DNA of 64,000 bases from an uncultured Acidobacteriota bacterium (GCA_963779415.1 CAVZYA010000001.1:32001-96000), one strand, 5' to 3'. Positions 8,712-17,890 are shown, numbered from the stretch's first letter. Notes: generated by a model not told the origin, from the sequence alone. Program-made: numbers and translations.

Positions 8712-10625
8712 ATGAACACCCTCTGGATCGTCGTGATTGCGGCAATCGTCATCTACGGGGCCTACAACTACGCCCGGCGAATCGACCGGAATGTCATCCA
8801 GTCGGATCCGAAGAGGGCCACGCCGGCGAAGATGTACATGGACGGGGTCGACTTCATGCCGACGTCCAAGAACGTCCTCTACGGCTACCACTTCAAGTCG
8901 ATCGCGGCCGCCGGTCCGATCGTCGGTCCGATCACCGCGGCGACCATCTGGGGCTGGTTCCCCTCGCTCCTCTGGCTCGTCGTCGGCGTCGCCCTTGTCG
9001 GCTGGGCCAGCGACTATTCCGCCATCATGGTGGCGGTCCGGAACGACGGGAACAGCCTCTCGGCCATCTCGCACAAGCTGATCGCGCCCCGCACGCGGAA
9101 GATCCTCTTCGTCTTCATCTTCTTCTACCTGATGCTACTCGCCGGCGCCTTCGTCGGCATCCTCGCGGCCATTCTCTCGGCCCGCCCCGACGTCCCCTTC
9201 GGGATCATCATGCTGGCGCTGATGGGGCTCCTGGCGGGACAGATGATGTACCGCTGGAAGATGGACCTGATCCTCGTCACGGTGATCACCGTCGCCGTGA
9301 CGATTCTCGCCATGGCCCTCGGGCCATGGGGCCAGACCAAGAACGAGAAGGGAGCGCTGGTTCAGGGTCCCGTCGGGGCGGCCATCGTTTCGGTGAACTC
9401 GGCCGTCGACGACTTCTCGGGCAAGCAGCCCCTCCTCTCCATCGTCGACCCGACCGGGGCTGACCCGCGCATTCCGCTCCCGGGGCCGGACGGAAAGCGG
9501 CCGACGACAGCCGTCTACGACGCGGCGACCGGACTGGTCAGGACGCTGCCGAACTACCTCCTCTGGATGCTCTTCCTCTTCGTCTTCTCTTACTGCGGCG
9601 CCAACATGCCGATCTGGCGGTTTGCCCAGCCGGTCAACTACATCGGCTTCTGGATCATGCTGATCACGATCGTCCTCTCGGCCGTGGGGATGTTCGTCGC
9701 GCCTCTCACAGGCGTGATGGACTCCGGGGGGAAGGTCATCGGCACCTTCGCCCTCACGGCGGTCAAGGACCTCGGCTTCGCCGCGCCGGCGGCCGGGAAG
9801 GCCTGGCAGCCACTCTGGCCAATGCTTTTCGTGACGATCGCCTGCGGGGCGATCTCCGGCTGGCACGCCCTCGTCGGATCGATCGGCACCGCCCGGCAGC
9901 TCGAGTATGACACCGACGGCCTCCCCGTCGGCGCCGGCTCGATGCTGGGCGAGTACTCTCTCGCGGTCCTATCGCTCACGGCCGTCTCCATCCCCGGCGC
10001 CGGCGGCGGCGGCGGCCGGTTCGCGGCAGGCGTCGGGAAGCTGATCTACGCCGGCACCTTCGGAGCCATCCCCGAGGTCTACGGCACGGCCCTCGGCTTC
10101 GGCGCCTTCGTCATGATCGTCCTGACCGTCACGCAGCTCGTCTTCCGCGTCATGCGCGTGACGCTGGCGGAGTGGCTGGGCGATACGATTCCCCTCTTCA
10201 GGAACATGCACGTCGCCTCGATCATCTCGATGGCGATGACGCTCGCGCTCGTTCTGACCGGGACGTGGGTCTACCTCTGGCAGATGTTCGGCTCCTCGAA
10301 TCAGCTCATGGCGGCGCTCTCGCTCCTCGTCGTCACGGTCTGGCTGAAGTCGGAGAAGCGAAATCCGAGCTACGCCCTCTACCCGATGCTCTTCATGTAC
10401 TTCACGACGCTTTTCGCCACCGTCGTCACCGCGCGAAACCTCTACGTGACGATCGCGTCGAACCCGAAGATGAGCGGGCTGCCGGTGGCGGGGGCGTGGG
10501 CGATGATCATCGTCGCGGCGCTTCTCCTTGTCGCCGCCCTAGTGATCGGCTGGGACGGCCTGAAGGCCTACCAGAAGTACTCGGCGCAGCCGGCGCCGCC
10601 GAAGCCGGCCACGGCGAAGGCGTAA
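8712..10625 (+). CDS. cstA: Carbon starvation protein A (CstA) family transporter
   Basis: TPAKMYMDGVDFMPT, GYHFKSIAAAGPIVGP, WPMLFVTIACGAISGWHAL and WQMFGSSNQLMA; many TM segments. Confidence 0.92.
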   Translation: MNTLWIVVIAAIVIYGAYNYARRIDRNVIQSDPKRATPAKMYMDGVDFMPTSKNVLYGYHFKSIAAAGPIVGPITAATIWGWFPSLLWLVVGVALVGWASDYSAIMVAVRNDGNSLSAISHKLIAPRTRKILFVFIFFYLMLLAGAFVGILAAILSARPDVPFGIIMLALMGLLAGQMMYRWKMDLILVTVITVAVTILAMALGPWGQTKNEKGALVQGPVGAAIVSVNSAVDDFSGKQPLLSIVDPTGADPRIPLPGPDGKRPTTAVYDAATGLVRTLPNYLLWMLFLFVFSYCGANMPIWRFAQPVNYIGFWIMLITIVLSAVGMFVAPLTGVMDSGGKVIGTFALTAVKDLGFAAPAAGKAWQPLWPMLFVTIACGAISGWHALVGSIGTARQLEYDTDGLPVGAGSMLGEYSLAVLSLTAVSIPGAGGGGGRFAAGVGKLIYAGTFGAIPEVYGTALGFGAFVMIVLTVTQLVFRVMRVTLAEWLGDTIPLFRNMHVASIISMAMTLALVLTGTWVYLWQMFGSSNQLMAALSLLVVTVWLKSEKRNPSYALYPMLFMYFTTLFATVVTARNLYVTIASNPKMSGLPVAGAWAMIIVAALLLVAALVIGWDGLKAYQKYSAQPAPPKPATAKA

Positions 10626-10671
10626 GGCTCGCGAGACCCGGCGCGGGCCGGGGAGAGGTCCGGGAGGCCCT

Positions 10672-11331
10672 TCACGGGCTTCCCGGACTTTCATCTTTGC
10701 GAGGCCAGATCGCCCAGCTCCCCGAGGGTCCGGAAGAAGGCGGCGGCGTCGGCGGACGCGGCCGGGAAGGTCGACGTGCAGGGTCAGGTGCGGCTCCTTC
10801 CGGCGGATCGAGAGCCGGCGGAGCGTCGACCCGGAGCCTTCCACGCAGGCGCGCGAGGGCATCCGCCCGCGCAAGAGCGGAGTCGAACTTGTAGAAGGTG
10901 GCGAGGCCGCCGGGCGAGGAGGCCTCGCGGACGGACCATCGCTCGTCCTTCATTCCCCGCAGGGCGTCGCGCCCCGACCAGCTTCTCCGGTCGAGAAGCT
11001 CGACCTCCTCGATCGGCGGGCGCGCGAGACGTCCGCGGACGATCAGGGTGTCGCGGCGCCCGCGCAGGCGCGAGGGAGCCCAGAGCCACGGAAGATCGCG
11101 AGGCGCGAGGAAGATGACGACGTTCGCCTCCTCGAACGGGGCCCGGGCCTGCGCGAGTCCGAGGTCCACGGCCGTGGTCCCGAGCCATCGGACGGTCGCT
11201 TTGTCGCCGAGCCGCTTCAGCCCCCCCTGGAGCCATTTCAGGGCCGCGTTGCCGCGACGGACGTTCGCGCCGCTTCCGATGGCGAACCAGGCCATGACGA
11301 AGACGACGAGGCCGAGCAGCACGTTCGTCAT
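10672..11331 (-). CDS. Hypothetical single-TM protein of the CstA/ArsA module (probable frameshift near 10860)
   Basis: N-terminal TM then IGSGANVRRG..ALKWL..LAPRDLPWLW..LRGRRDTLIVRG; an alternative frame continues STLRRLSIRRKEPHLTLHVDLP. Confidence 0.7.
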   Translation of the reverse strand: MTNVLLGLVVFVMAWFAIGSGANVRRGNAALKWLQGGLKRLGDKATVRWLGTTAVDLGLAQARAPFEEANVVIFLAPRDLPWLWAPSRLRGRRDTLIVRGRLARPPIEEVELLDRRSWSGRDALRGMKDERWSVREASSPGGLATFYKFDSALARADALARLRGRLRVDAPPALDPPEGAAPDPARRPSRPRPPTPPPSSGPSGSWAIWPRKDESPGSP

Positions 11332-11425
11332 GGCCGGGTCACCCGGATGACGATAGCAGAGGCGGCCGGCGTGCTAGCGTCCTTCCGGCGACGGAGGTGG
11401 GCTCGTGGACGGGAAAGGGGGGCGG

Positions 11426-11683
11426 ATGAAGGCGGTGCGGGAGTTCCTTTACGGAATGTTCCTGCACGAGCACGTGCAACATGCCGCAGAGATGCGCGCG
11501 AAGCTCGAGAGCCTTTTTCTCCTCGTCACCTTCGGCGACATGGTGGGGCTTCCCGTCCTTCCGCCCTACTACGGCCTCCGCCTCCTCCCGTACACGCTCG
11601 GGGCGTTTCCGGGGTGGAAGCGCCGGCTCCTCCGGGAGCGGCAGTTCGGGGACGACCACGAACACGACCTGCACGGCGTCTGA
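11426..11683 (+). CDS. Small CstA/ArsA-associated protein (cory-CC-star-like), paralog 1
   Basis: LFLLVTFGDMVGLPVLPPYYGLRLLPY...WKRRLLRE; clear paralog of the next ORF. Confidence 0.8.
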   Translation: MKAVREFLYGMFLHEHVQHAAEMRAKLESLFLLVTFGDMVGLPVLPPYYGLRLLPYTLGAFPGWKRRLLRERQFGDDHEHDLHGV

Positions 11684-11786
11684 TCCGTCGGCCCCCCAAA
11701 GTGCGCTAGTCTTCGTGGTGCATTTGCATCGCGGCGTCGCCGCGTAGAGCCCGTAAGCTCAAAAGAGCGTGGAGAAGGAGGACCGG

Positions 11787-12071
11787 ATGGTCGAGAAAAA
11801 GACCGAGCGGCCCGGGGGCCTGAAGGGGTTCTGGGAGGGCTTCAAGGAAACCATCTACGGCATGTCGGCTCACGACATGAGCCGCGCCGCGCTGCGGACG
11901 CGGGCGTCCATGGAGCATCTCTTCATCCTGATCACGATGGGAGACCTCCTCGGGATCCCGATCCTCCCGCCCTACTACAGCCTCCGTCTGCTGCCCCACG
12001 TGGTTCCCCAGATCGCGACGTGGAAGCGCCGGATGCTCCGCGAAAAGGACGTCTCGGACGCGATGTTCTAA
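11787..12071 (+). CDS. Small CstA/ArsA-associated protein, paralog 2
   Basis: LFILITMGDLLGIPILPPYYSLRLLPH...WKRRMLREKD; aaggagg RBS. Confidence 0.82.
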   Translation: MVEKKTERPGGLKGFWEGFKETIYGMSAHDMSRAALRTRASMEHLFILITMGDLLGIPILPPYYSLRLLPHVVPQIATWKRRMLREKDVSDAMF

Positions 12072-12117
12072 AGGCCGGTCCGTTCGTCCGCCCGCCGGTG
12101 AGCAAGGAGGAGTCACG

Positions 12118-13104
12118 ATGGGGATGAAGGAAGTTTTCCAGAAGAGCCCGAACCGCCGGTACATCATGTTCGGCGGCAAGGGGGGGCTCGGAAAGACGAC
12201 GTTTTCGGCCGCCACGGCCTGGTGGCTCGCGTCGCAGGGGAAGAAAGTCCTCGTCTTCTCCGTCGACCCGCAGGCCTCCCTCACCGACATCTTCCAGAAG
12301 GACATCTTCGGGAAGGGGCCGGTGAAGATCATGGAGAACCTCTGGGCGCAGGAGATCGACGCCGACAGCCACATCAAGGCCTACCAGGACGAGATCAGGA
12401 AAAAGATCCGCGACATGTACGGCCTTCCGGCCGTTCCGGAGGAGATCGAGAGCTACATCCAGGCGGCGAGCGCCGAGCCGGCCATGGAGGAGAGCGCGAT
12501 CTTCGACGCGGTCGTCGACGTCGTCGTCCAGGGGGACTACGACTACTACATCTACGACCTCGTCCCGCTCGGGCACGCGCTCTACTACCTCTCGATGGCG
12601 AAGGTCTACGACGAGTGGATCAACAAGGTGACGAAGCTCCGCGAGGAGATGCGCGAGTACGAGCAGATGGTCAGCCGCCTGAAGCGGGAGAAGGAGACGG
12701 AGCAGGACGCGATCCTGAAGGAGCTGATCTACATCAAGGGGCGGATCAACGCATCGTCCTCGATCCTGACCGACAAGGAGAAGACGGCCTTCTTCTTCGT
12801 CGTGACCCCCGAGGACATGATCATCGTCGACACGGAGAAGGCCGCGAAGCTCTTCGCCCAGTTCGACGTTCCGATCGGCGGCTACGTCGTCAACCGGGTC
12901 ATCCCGCACGAGCTGATCGACCAGAACATCCCCGACTACCTCCGCAACCGGATCCAGATGCAGGACAAGTACATCGGGAACATCAAGACGACGTTCGGCA
13001 AGGACGTCCTCGCATACGTCCCCGAGCTGGAGCGCGACGTGACGGGCCTCGGGATGATCGAGAAGCTCGCGAAGATCATGTACGGCGACGGGAAGCTCGG
13101 CTAA
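12118..13104 (+). CDS. ArsA/Get3(TRC40)-family ATPase, subunit 1
   Basis: Deviant Walker A GGKGGLGKTT, switch I SVDPQASL, altered switch II DLVPLGH, VVNRV. Confidence 0.92.
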   Translation: MGMKEVFQKSPNRRYIMFGGKGGLGKTTFSAATAWWLASQGKKVLVFSVDPQASLTDIFQKDIFGKGPVKIMENLWAQEIDADSHIKAYQDEIRKKIRDMYGLPAVPEEIESYIQAASAEPAMEESAIFDAVVDVVVQGDYDYYIYDLVPLGHALYYLSMAKVYDEWINKVTKLREEMREYEQMVSRLKREKETEQDAILKELIYIKGRINASSSILTDKEKTAFFFVVTPEDMIIVDTEKAAKLFAQFDVPIGGYVVNRVIPHELIDQNIPDYLRNRIQMQDKYIGNIKTTFGKDVLAYVPELERDVTGLGMIEKLAKIMYGDGKLG

Positions 13105-13132
13105 AAGAGCGGCGGACGAGGAGGAGACGGCC

Positions 13133-14113
13133 ATGCCCGACATCCAGACCTCCATGAGCGACTACATCCGGCAGCACGGCAAGCTGAAGTACATCTTCTT
13201 TGGCGGGAAGGGCGGCGTCGGCAAGACGGTCTTCGCGGCCGCCACCGCGCTTCACAACGCCCAGCTGGGGCGCCGGACGATGCTGGCCTCCACGAATCCG
13301 GTCCACAGCCTGTCGAGCCTGCTCGGCCAGAACGTCCTCGGGAAGCACACCCCGGTCGAAGGCGTTCCCAACCTGTGGGCCTACGAGATCGAGACGAAGG
13401 AGACGATCGAGCGGTCGAAGGTGGAGATCCGCGAGAAGATCCAGTGGTTCCTCAAGTTCGCCGACATCTCGACCAAAGCGGAGGACTTCGTGGAGTCGGC
13501 CACGATGAACCCGGCATTCGAGGAGTCGGCCATGTTCGAGAACATGATCGACCTGATGTTCAAGGACGAGTACGACGTCTACGTCTTCGACACCGCGCCC
13601 ACCGCGAACGCCCGGCGTCTCCTCGGCATGTCCAAGGTCTACGGGCTCTGGGTCAACAAGATGCTGAAGAGCCGCGAGGAGGCGAAGACCCTCCGCGAGA
13701 TGCTCTCGTTTACAAAAAAGAAAGAACAGGACCCTCTCATGGCCTATCTCCTCTCCTTCCGCGATCGGATGGAGCACGGCCGCGTCCTCCTGACCGACCC
13801 CGAGAAGACGTCGTTCTTCTTCGTGACGCTTCCCGAGGCCCTTCCGATCGCCGTCATCACCCGCTTCATCCAGTGGTTCCACGACTTCGGGATCCCCGTG
13901 GGGGGCGTCCTCGTCAACATGCTGATCGACAAGGGCTCCGTCCGCACCGACGCGGCGGACTTCGTGAAGAACCGTGTCGCGATGCAGGACGAGCACATGA
14001 AGACCGTCTGGCAGAAGTTCGACGGGAGCGTCCGGGCGATCGTGCCGCTCTACGAGACCGAGATCCGCGGCATCCCGATGCTCAAGCGCCTCGGCGACGC
14101 CATGTTCGCCTGA
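13133..14113 (+). CDS. ArsA/Get3(TRC40)-family ATPase, subunit 2
   Basis: GGKGGVGKT, switch I STNPVHSL, switch II DTAPTAN. Confidence 0.92.
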   Translation: MPDIQTSMSDYIRQHGKLKYIFFGGKGGVGKTVFAAATALHNAQLGRRTMLASTNPVHSLSSLLGQNVLGKHTPVEGVPNLWAYEIETKETIERSKVEIREKIQWFLKFADISTKAEDFVESATMNPAFEESAMFENMIDLMFKDEYDVYVFDTAPTANARRLLGMSKVYGLWVNKMLKSREEAKTLREMLSFTKKKEQDPLMAYLLSFRDRMEHGRVLLTDPEKTSFFFVTLPEALPIAVITRFIQWFHDFGIPVGGVLVNMLIDKGSVRTDAADFVKNRVAMQDEHMKTVWQKFDGSVRAIVPLYETEIRGIPMLKRLGDAMFA

Positions 14114-14151
14114 TCTGTGAAATGCTACGAGGAAGAAGGGGGAAGACTTTC

Positions 14152-14727
14152 ATGCGAATCCGAATGCACCACATCCTGATCCTGGCCCTGCTGGTCGTCC
14201 CGGCGGCCGCGGCCTTCGCGGCCACCGATGCGGAGACGGTCAAGGTCTTCCGCGGGGCGGGCGAGAGCGGATCGTTCTTCAACAACTGTTACGGCTACGC
14301 CGTCTTCCCGAATGTCGGCAAGGGGGGCATCGGCATCGGGGGAGCGCACGGCACGGGCCGCGTCTACGTCGGCGGCAAGGTCGTCGGCGACACGAAGATG
14401 ACCCAGGTCTCGATCGGAGCGCAGCTTGGCGGGCAGAGCTTCAGCGAGATCATCTTCTTCGAGGACAAGCGATCCTTCGACGAGTTCACGGGCGGAAACT
14501 TCGAATTCAGCGCGGAAGCCGGTGCCGTGGCGATCACGGCGGGAGCCTCGGCGCAGGCCGGCGGCACTGGCTCCAGCGCGGGGGCGAGCGCCGGGAAGAG
14601 CGACGCCTCGACCAAAGGCTCGTACCACAAGGGGATGGCGGTCTTCACGGTGGCCAAGGGTGGCTTGATGTACCAGGCGGCCATCGGCGGCCAGAAGTTC
14701 AAGTACACGCCGAAGAAGAAAAAGTAA
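14152..14727 (+). CDS. Secreted lipid-binding SYLF/Ysc84 domain protein
   Basis: Signal peptide; YAVFPNVGKGGIGIGGAHGTG, SIGAQLGGQ and GGLMYQAAIGGQKFKY. Confidence 0.88.
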   Translation: MRIRMHHILILALLVVPAAAAFAATDAETVKVFRGAGESGSFFNNCYGYAVFPNVGKGGIGIGGAHGTGRVYVGGKVVGDTKMTQVSIGAQLGGQSFSEIIFFEDKRSFDEFTGGNFEFSAEAGAVAITAGASAQAGGTGSSAGASAGKSDASTKGSYHKGMAVFTVAKGGLMYQAAIGGQKFKYTPKKKK

Positions 14728-14870
14728 GGGTCCGGGCGGCGCCCGGTTCGCGCAGAAACGGGAGCCCTCCGGCGACCGGAGTTTCCGCAGAGGCTTTCCC
14801 CTCTCCGGTGAGGCGGCGATGTGCGTCCCGTCGACGGGTTCCGGCTCCATTCTTTCCTGCGGAGGGTCCC

Positions 14871-15257
14871 ATGCCGATTCACGTGGTCCGCCTCGGGAGC
14901 CCGCGCGGGAAGGGGGAAGGGATACGGATCGGGACCGTCCGTCGTCCGCCGCGCGGGGTCCCGAAGGCCGAGTTCGCCTCAAGGAACTTCTACGACGTCT
15001 GGCTCCCCGAGCTCGCGCCGAGCGAGGGGCTGTTGAAGCTCGGCCTCGCCGCCGAAGGCGAGAAGGCGTGGCAAACGTTCGTCCGGCGCTACCGCGCCGA
15101 GATGGGGCGCCCGGAGGCGAGACGGCTTCTGGACCTCCTCGCCGCGCTGTCGCGGCAGACGGACTTTTCCGTGGGGTGCTACTGCGCCGACGAGTTGCGC
15201 TGCCATCGCTCGATCCTCCGCGAGCTTTTCGCGGAACGCGGCGCCAGGATGGCATGA
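14871..15257 (+). CDS. DUF488 family protein
   Basis: RIGTVRRPPRGVPK, DVWLPELAPS and CYCADELRCHRSILR. Confidence 0.85.
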   Translation: MPIHVVRLGSPRGKGEGIRIGTVRRPPRGVPKAEFASRNFYDVWLPELAPSEGLLKLGLAAEGEKAWQTFVRRYRAEMGRPEARRLLDLLAALSRQTDFSVGCYCADELRCHRSILRELFAERGARMA

Positions 15258-15290
15258 CGTCATGACGTTTTGACGTCCGGGTGTTATCAT
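15255..15290 (+). promoter_or_regulatory. Putative toxin-antitoxin operon promoter/operator
   Basis: TGACGT at 15255, 15263 and 15271 (8-bp period); extended -10 TGnTATCAT ends 6 nt before the antitoxin ATG. Confidence 0.55.
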
Positions 15291-15296
15291 GCCGGC

Positions 15297-15527
15297 ATGG
15301 AGACCCAGAAACGCGCCACCATCTACTTCACTCCCGAGATCCACCGTGCGCTTCGGCTCAAGTCGGCCACATCGGACCGTTCGATCTCGGAGATGGTGAA
15401 CGAGGCCGTCCGGGCGGCCCTCGCCGACGACGCGGAAGACCTTTCGGCGTTCGATGAGCGGCGGCACGAGGCGACCGTCTTGTTCGAGGACTTCGTGAAG
15501 CAGCTGAAGCGACGTGGCCGCCTATAG
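15297..15527 (+). CDS. CopG/ribbon-helix-helix antitoxin
   Basis: KRATIYFTPEIHRALRLKSATSDRSISEMVNEAVRAALADDAEDL; overlaps the toxin gene. Confidence 0.85.
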   Translation: METQKRATIYFTPEIHRALRLKSATSDRSISEMVNEAVRAALADDAEDLSAFDERRHEATVLFEDFVKQLKRRGRL

Positions 15528-15786
15528 CCTCTTCCTGAAGGCCTCTGCCGCGAAAGAGATCGAAAGCCTTCCGACGAGGGCGGACCGGGCGCGCGTCGTG
15601 GCCCGGATCCGGGCTCTCGCGACGAATCCTCGGCCCCCCGGCTCCGAAAAGCTGGCCGGCGAGCCGGACCGGTATCGGGTGAGGCAGGGACGGTATCGAA
15701 TCGTCTACTCCATCCTGGACGGGGAAAAGAGGGTCGAGATCGTCCGGGTGGCCCACCGGAAAGAGGCCTACCGCTCGGCCTCCTGA
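15514..15786 (+). CDS. RelE/ParE family type II toxin
   Basis: LATNPRPPGSEKLAG..YRVRQGRYRIVY...VAHRKEAY. Confidence 0.92.
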   Translation: MAAYSLFLKASAAKEIESLPTRADRARVVARIRALATNPRPPGSEKLAGEPDRYRVRQGRYRIVYSILDGEKRVEIVRVAHRKEAYRSAS

Positions 15787-15805
15787 TGGTGCGAGGCGAA
15801 CGCTC

Positions 15806-16726
15806 TCACCCCTTTCCACCCGTCGCCGCCCCGAGCGCCGCGGTGGCGGTGTCGTGGATCGGCGTCTCGACGCCCGCCTCCCGGCCGAGGCGCGAGACAG
15901 CGCCGCAGAGGTCGTCCAGCTCCGTCGCCCGGCCCGCCTCGAGGTCCAGAAGGAAGCTCGGCTTGAGAGCGTCGCCGAGCGAATCGATGAACTCGAGGGT
16001 CTTCGAGGCGTCGTCGTCCGTCACGGCCACGCCGCGCCCCCTTGCCACGGCGAAGACTTCCCGGACGGCGCGCTCCAGCAGGAGCGGTCCGTAGGACGCC
16101 TTCCGGAGCGGCCCGACGGGGGAGCGGGCCAGCCCGCAGCCCGCCGCCATGGAGGCGATGAAGGCGAGCTTTCGCCAGAGATCCGCCACGATGTCGGGGG
16201 AGACCGTGGCATCCGCCCCGGCCCCGCGGAAAGCCTCGGCGATCCTGCGGGTGCGGTCGGTGATCGCGCCGTCCAGCTCGCCCAGGGTCACCTTCTGGAA
16301 GGGGCTTTTCCGCTCGAAGATCCCCGGGGCCACCCGGGCGACGCTCAGGCTCGTCAGCCCTCCGAGAACACGCTCCTTCGGCACGCCCCCCGCGACGAGG
16401 CGGTCGGCGGCCTCGACGCCGTTGAGGAAGGGGAGGAGCGTCGCGCCGCTTTCCGCGAGAAGGCGGGCCGACGGAACGATCTCCGCGAGCGAGTAGCTCT
16501 TCACCGCGACGATCGCGACGTCGACGGGACCGATTGTCATCGGGTCGCCGGTCGCCTCGACCTCGGACCGGAAGGTCTCTTCGGGAGTCCGGACCTCGAT
16601 TCCCCGCGCGAGGAGGGCCTCGAGGTTCGATCCCCGGGCGAGCATGACGACACGGTGCCCCGCCCGCGCGAGCGTCCCGCCGTAATACCCTCCCACGCCG
16701 CCGGACCCCAGAATCGCGACTCGCAT
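15806..16726 (-). CDS. panE: 2-dehydropantoate 2-reductase (ketopantoate reductase)
   Basis: GSGGVGGYYG, VAVKSY, LNGV, LWRKL and PSFLLDLEAGRATE. Confidence 0.9.
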   Translation of the reverse strand: MRVAILGSGGVGGYYGGTLARAGHRVVMLARGSNLEALLARGIEVRTPEETFRSEVEATGDPMTIGPVDVAIVAVKSYSLAEIVPSARLLAESGATLLPFLNGVEAADRLVAGGVPKERVLGGLTSLSVARVAPGIFERKSPFQKVTLGELDGAITDRTRRIAEAFRGAGADATVSPDIVADLWRKLAFIASMAAGCGLARSPVGPLRKASYGPLLLERAVREVFAVARGRGVAVTDDDASKTLEFIDSLGDALKPSFLLDLEAGRATELDDLCGAVSRLGREAGVETPIHDTATAALGAATGGKG

Positions 16727-16821
16727 CGGCGCCGCCCCCCGGGCCCGAGTCTAAGCTCGGCGACGGCCCTGACCCGCTCCCCGGGATTTGGGACAGAATC
16801 GGGTGTCGTGAGGAGGGCCTT

Positions 16822-17872
16822 GTGGAGAGTGGCCGGAGGGAGTTCCTGAAGAGAAGCGCCGTGGCCGCGATCGGCGCCCTTCTGCCGGCGGGCTCATTCG
16901 AAGCGGCCCCCCGGGAGGAGAAGGAGATGACGCCGAAAGCCGCGACGCCGGCGGAGCCCCTGCGCCTGCTCAGCTTCGCTCCGAAAGCGGGCGAGAACAT
17001 CCGGATCGGCGCCCTCACGAAGGACGGACGGATCGTCGACGTCGGGGCCGTCGCGAAGAAGCTGAGGATGAAGCTCTCCTTCGACCCCGCGGAGATGGTC
17101 TCGCTCATCTATTCGCACGACGCGGGTCTCGCCCAGGTCCGGCGCCTTCTCGCGAAGGCCCCCTCCGGCGGGCGGCGCCCGGACGAAGTGCAGCTCTTCG
17201 CGCCGATTCCGAACCCGGCCCGGAACGTCTACGCCGTCGGCTGGAACTACGTCGAGCACTTCGAGGAAGGAAAGTCGCTCCGCGACGGAGACCAGACGCT
17301 GCCGGAGCACCCGGTCTTCTTCACGAAGGGGACGCATACGGTCAACGGGCCTTACGATCCGATCCCGTTCGACGCGGCGGTATCGACCCTCATCGACTGG
17401 GAGGGGGAGCTGGCCGTCATCCTCGGCAAGCGCGGGAAGAACATCTCCGAGGAGACGGCGATGGAGCACGTCTTCGGCTACTGCGTCATCAACGACACGA
17501 CGGCCCGGGACCTCAGCAGAAGAACTACGGCGGGCAGTGGTTCAAGGGGAAGAGCCTCGACGGGCACGGCCCCATGGGGCCGTGGATCGTCACGGCGGGC
17601 GGGTTCGACTACGGGGACCTCCACATCGTGACCCGGATCAACGGGGTCACCAAGCAGGACGCCTCCACGAGCCGGATGTACTTCAAGGTGCCGCGGATCA
17701 TCTCGGAGCTGTCGCTCGGGATGACGCTCGAGCCGGGGGACATCATCGCCACCGGGACACCCCCGGGATCGGCCACGCGCGGAAGCCCCCCGAGTACCTC
17801 AAGCCCGGCGACGTGATGGAGACCGAGATCTCCGGGATCGGCGTCCTCCGAAACCCGGTCCGCGCGGTCTGA
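16822..17872 (+). CDS. Fumarylacetoacetate hydrolase family protein with a Tat-like signal (two frameshifts, ~17515 and ~17762)
   Basis: RREFLK, VGWNYVEH, DWEGELAV, INDTTARD, WFKGKSLD and PGDIIATGTP. Confidence 0.85.
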
Positions 17873-17890
17873 CGAGGAGCCGGCCGGCCG

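Noticed and set aside
12118-14113. Arsenic resistance operon
   Set aside because: Neither ATPase has cysteines for metalloid binding, and no arsB/acr3/arsC/arsR/arsD is nearby
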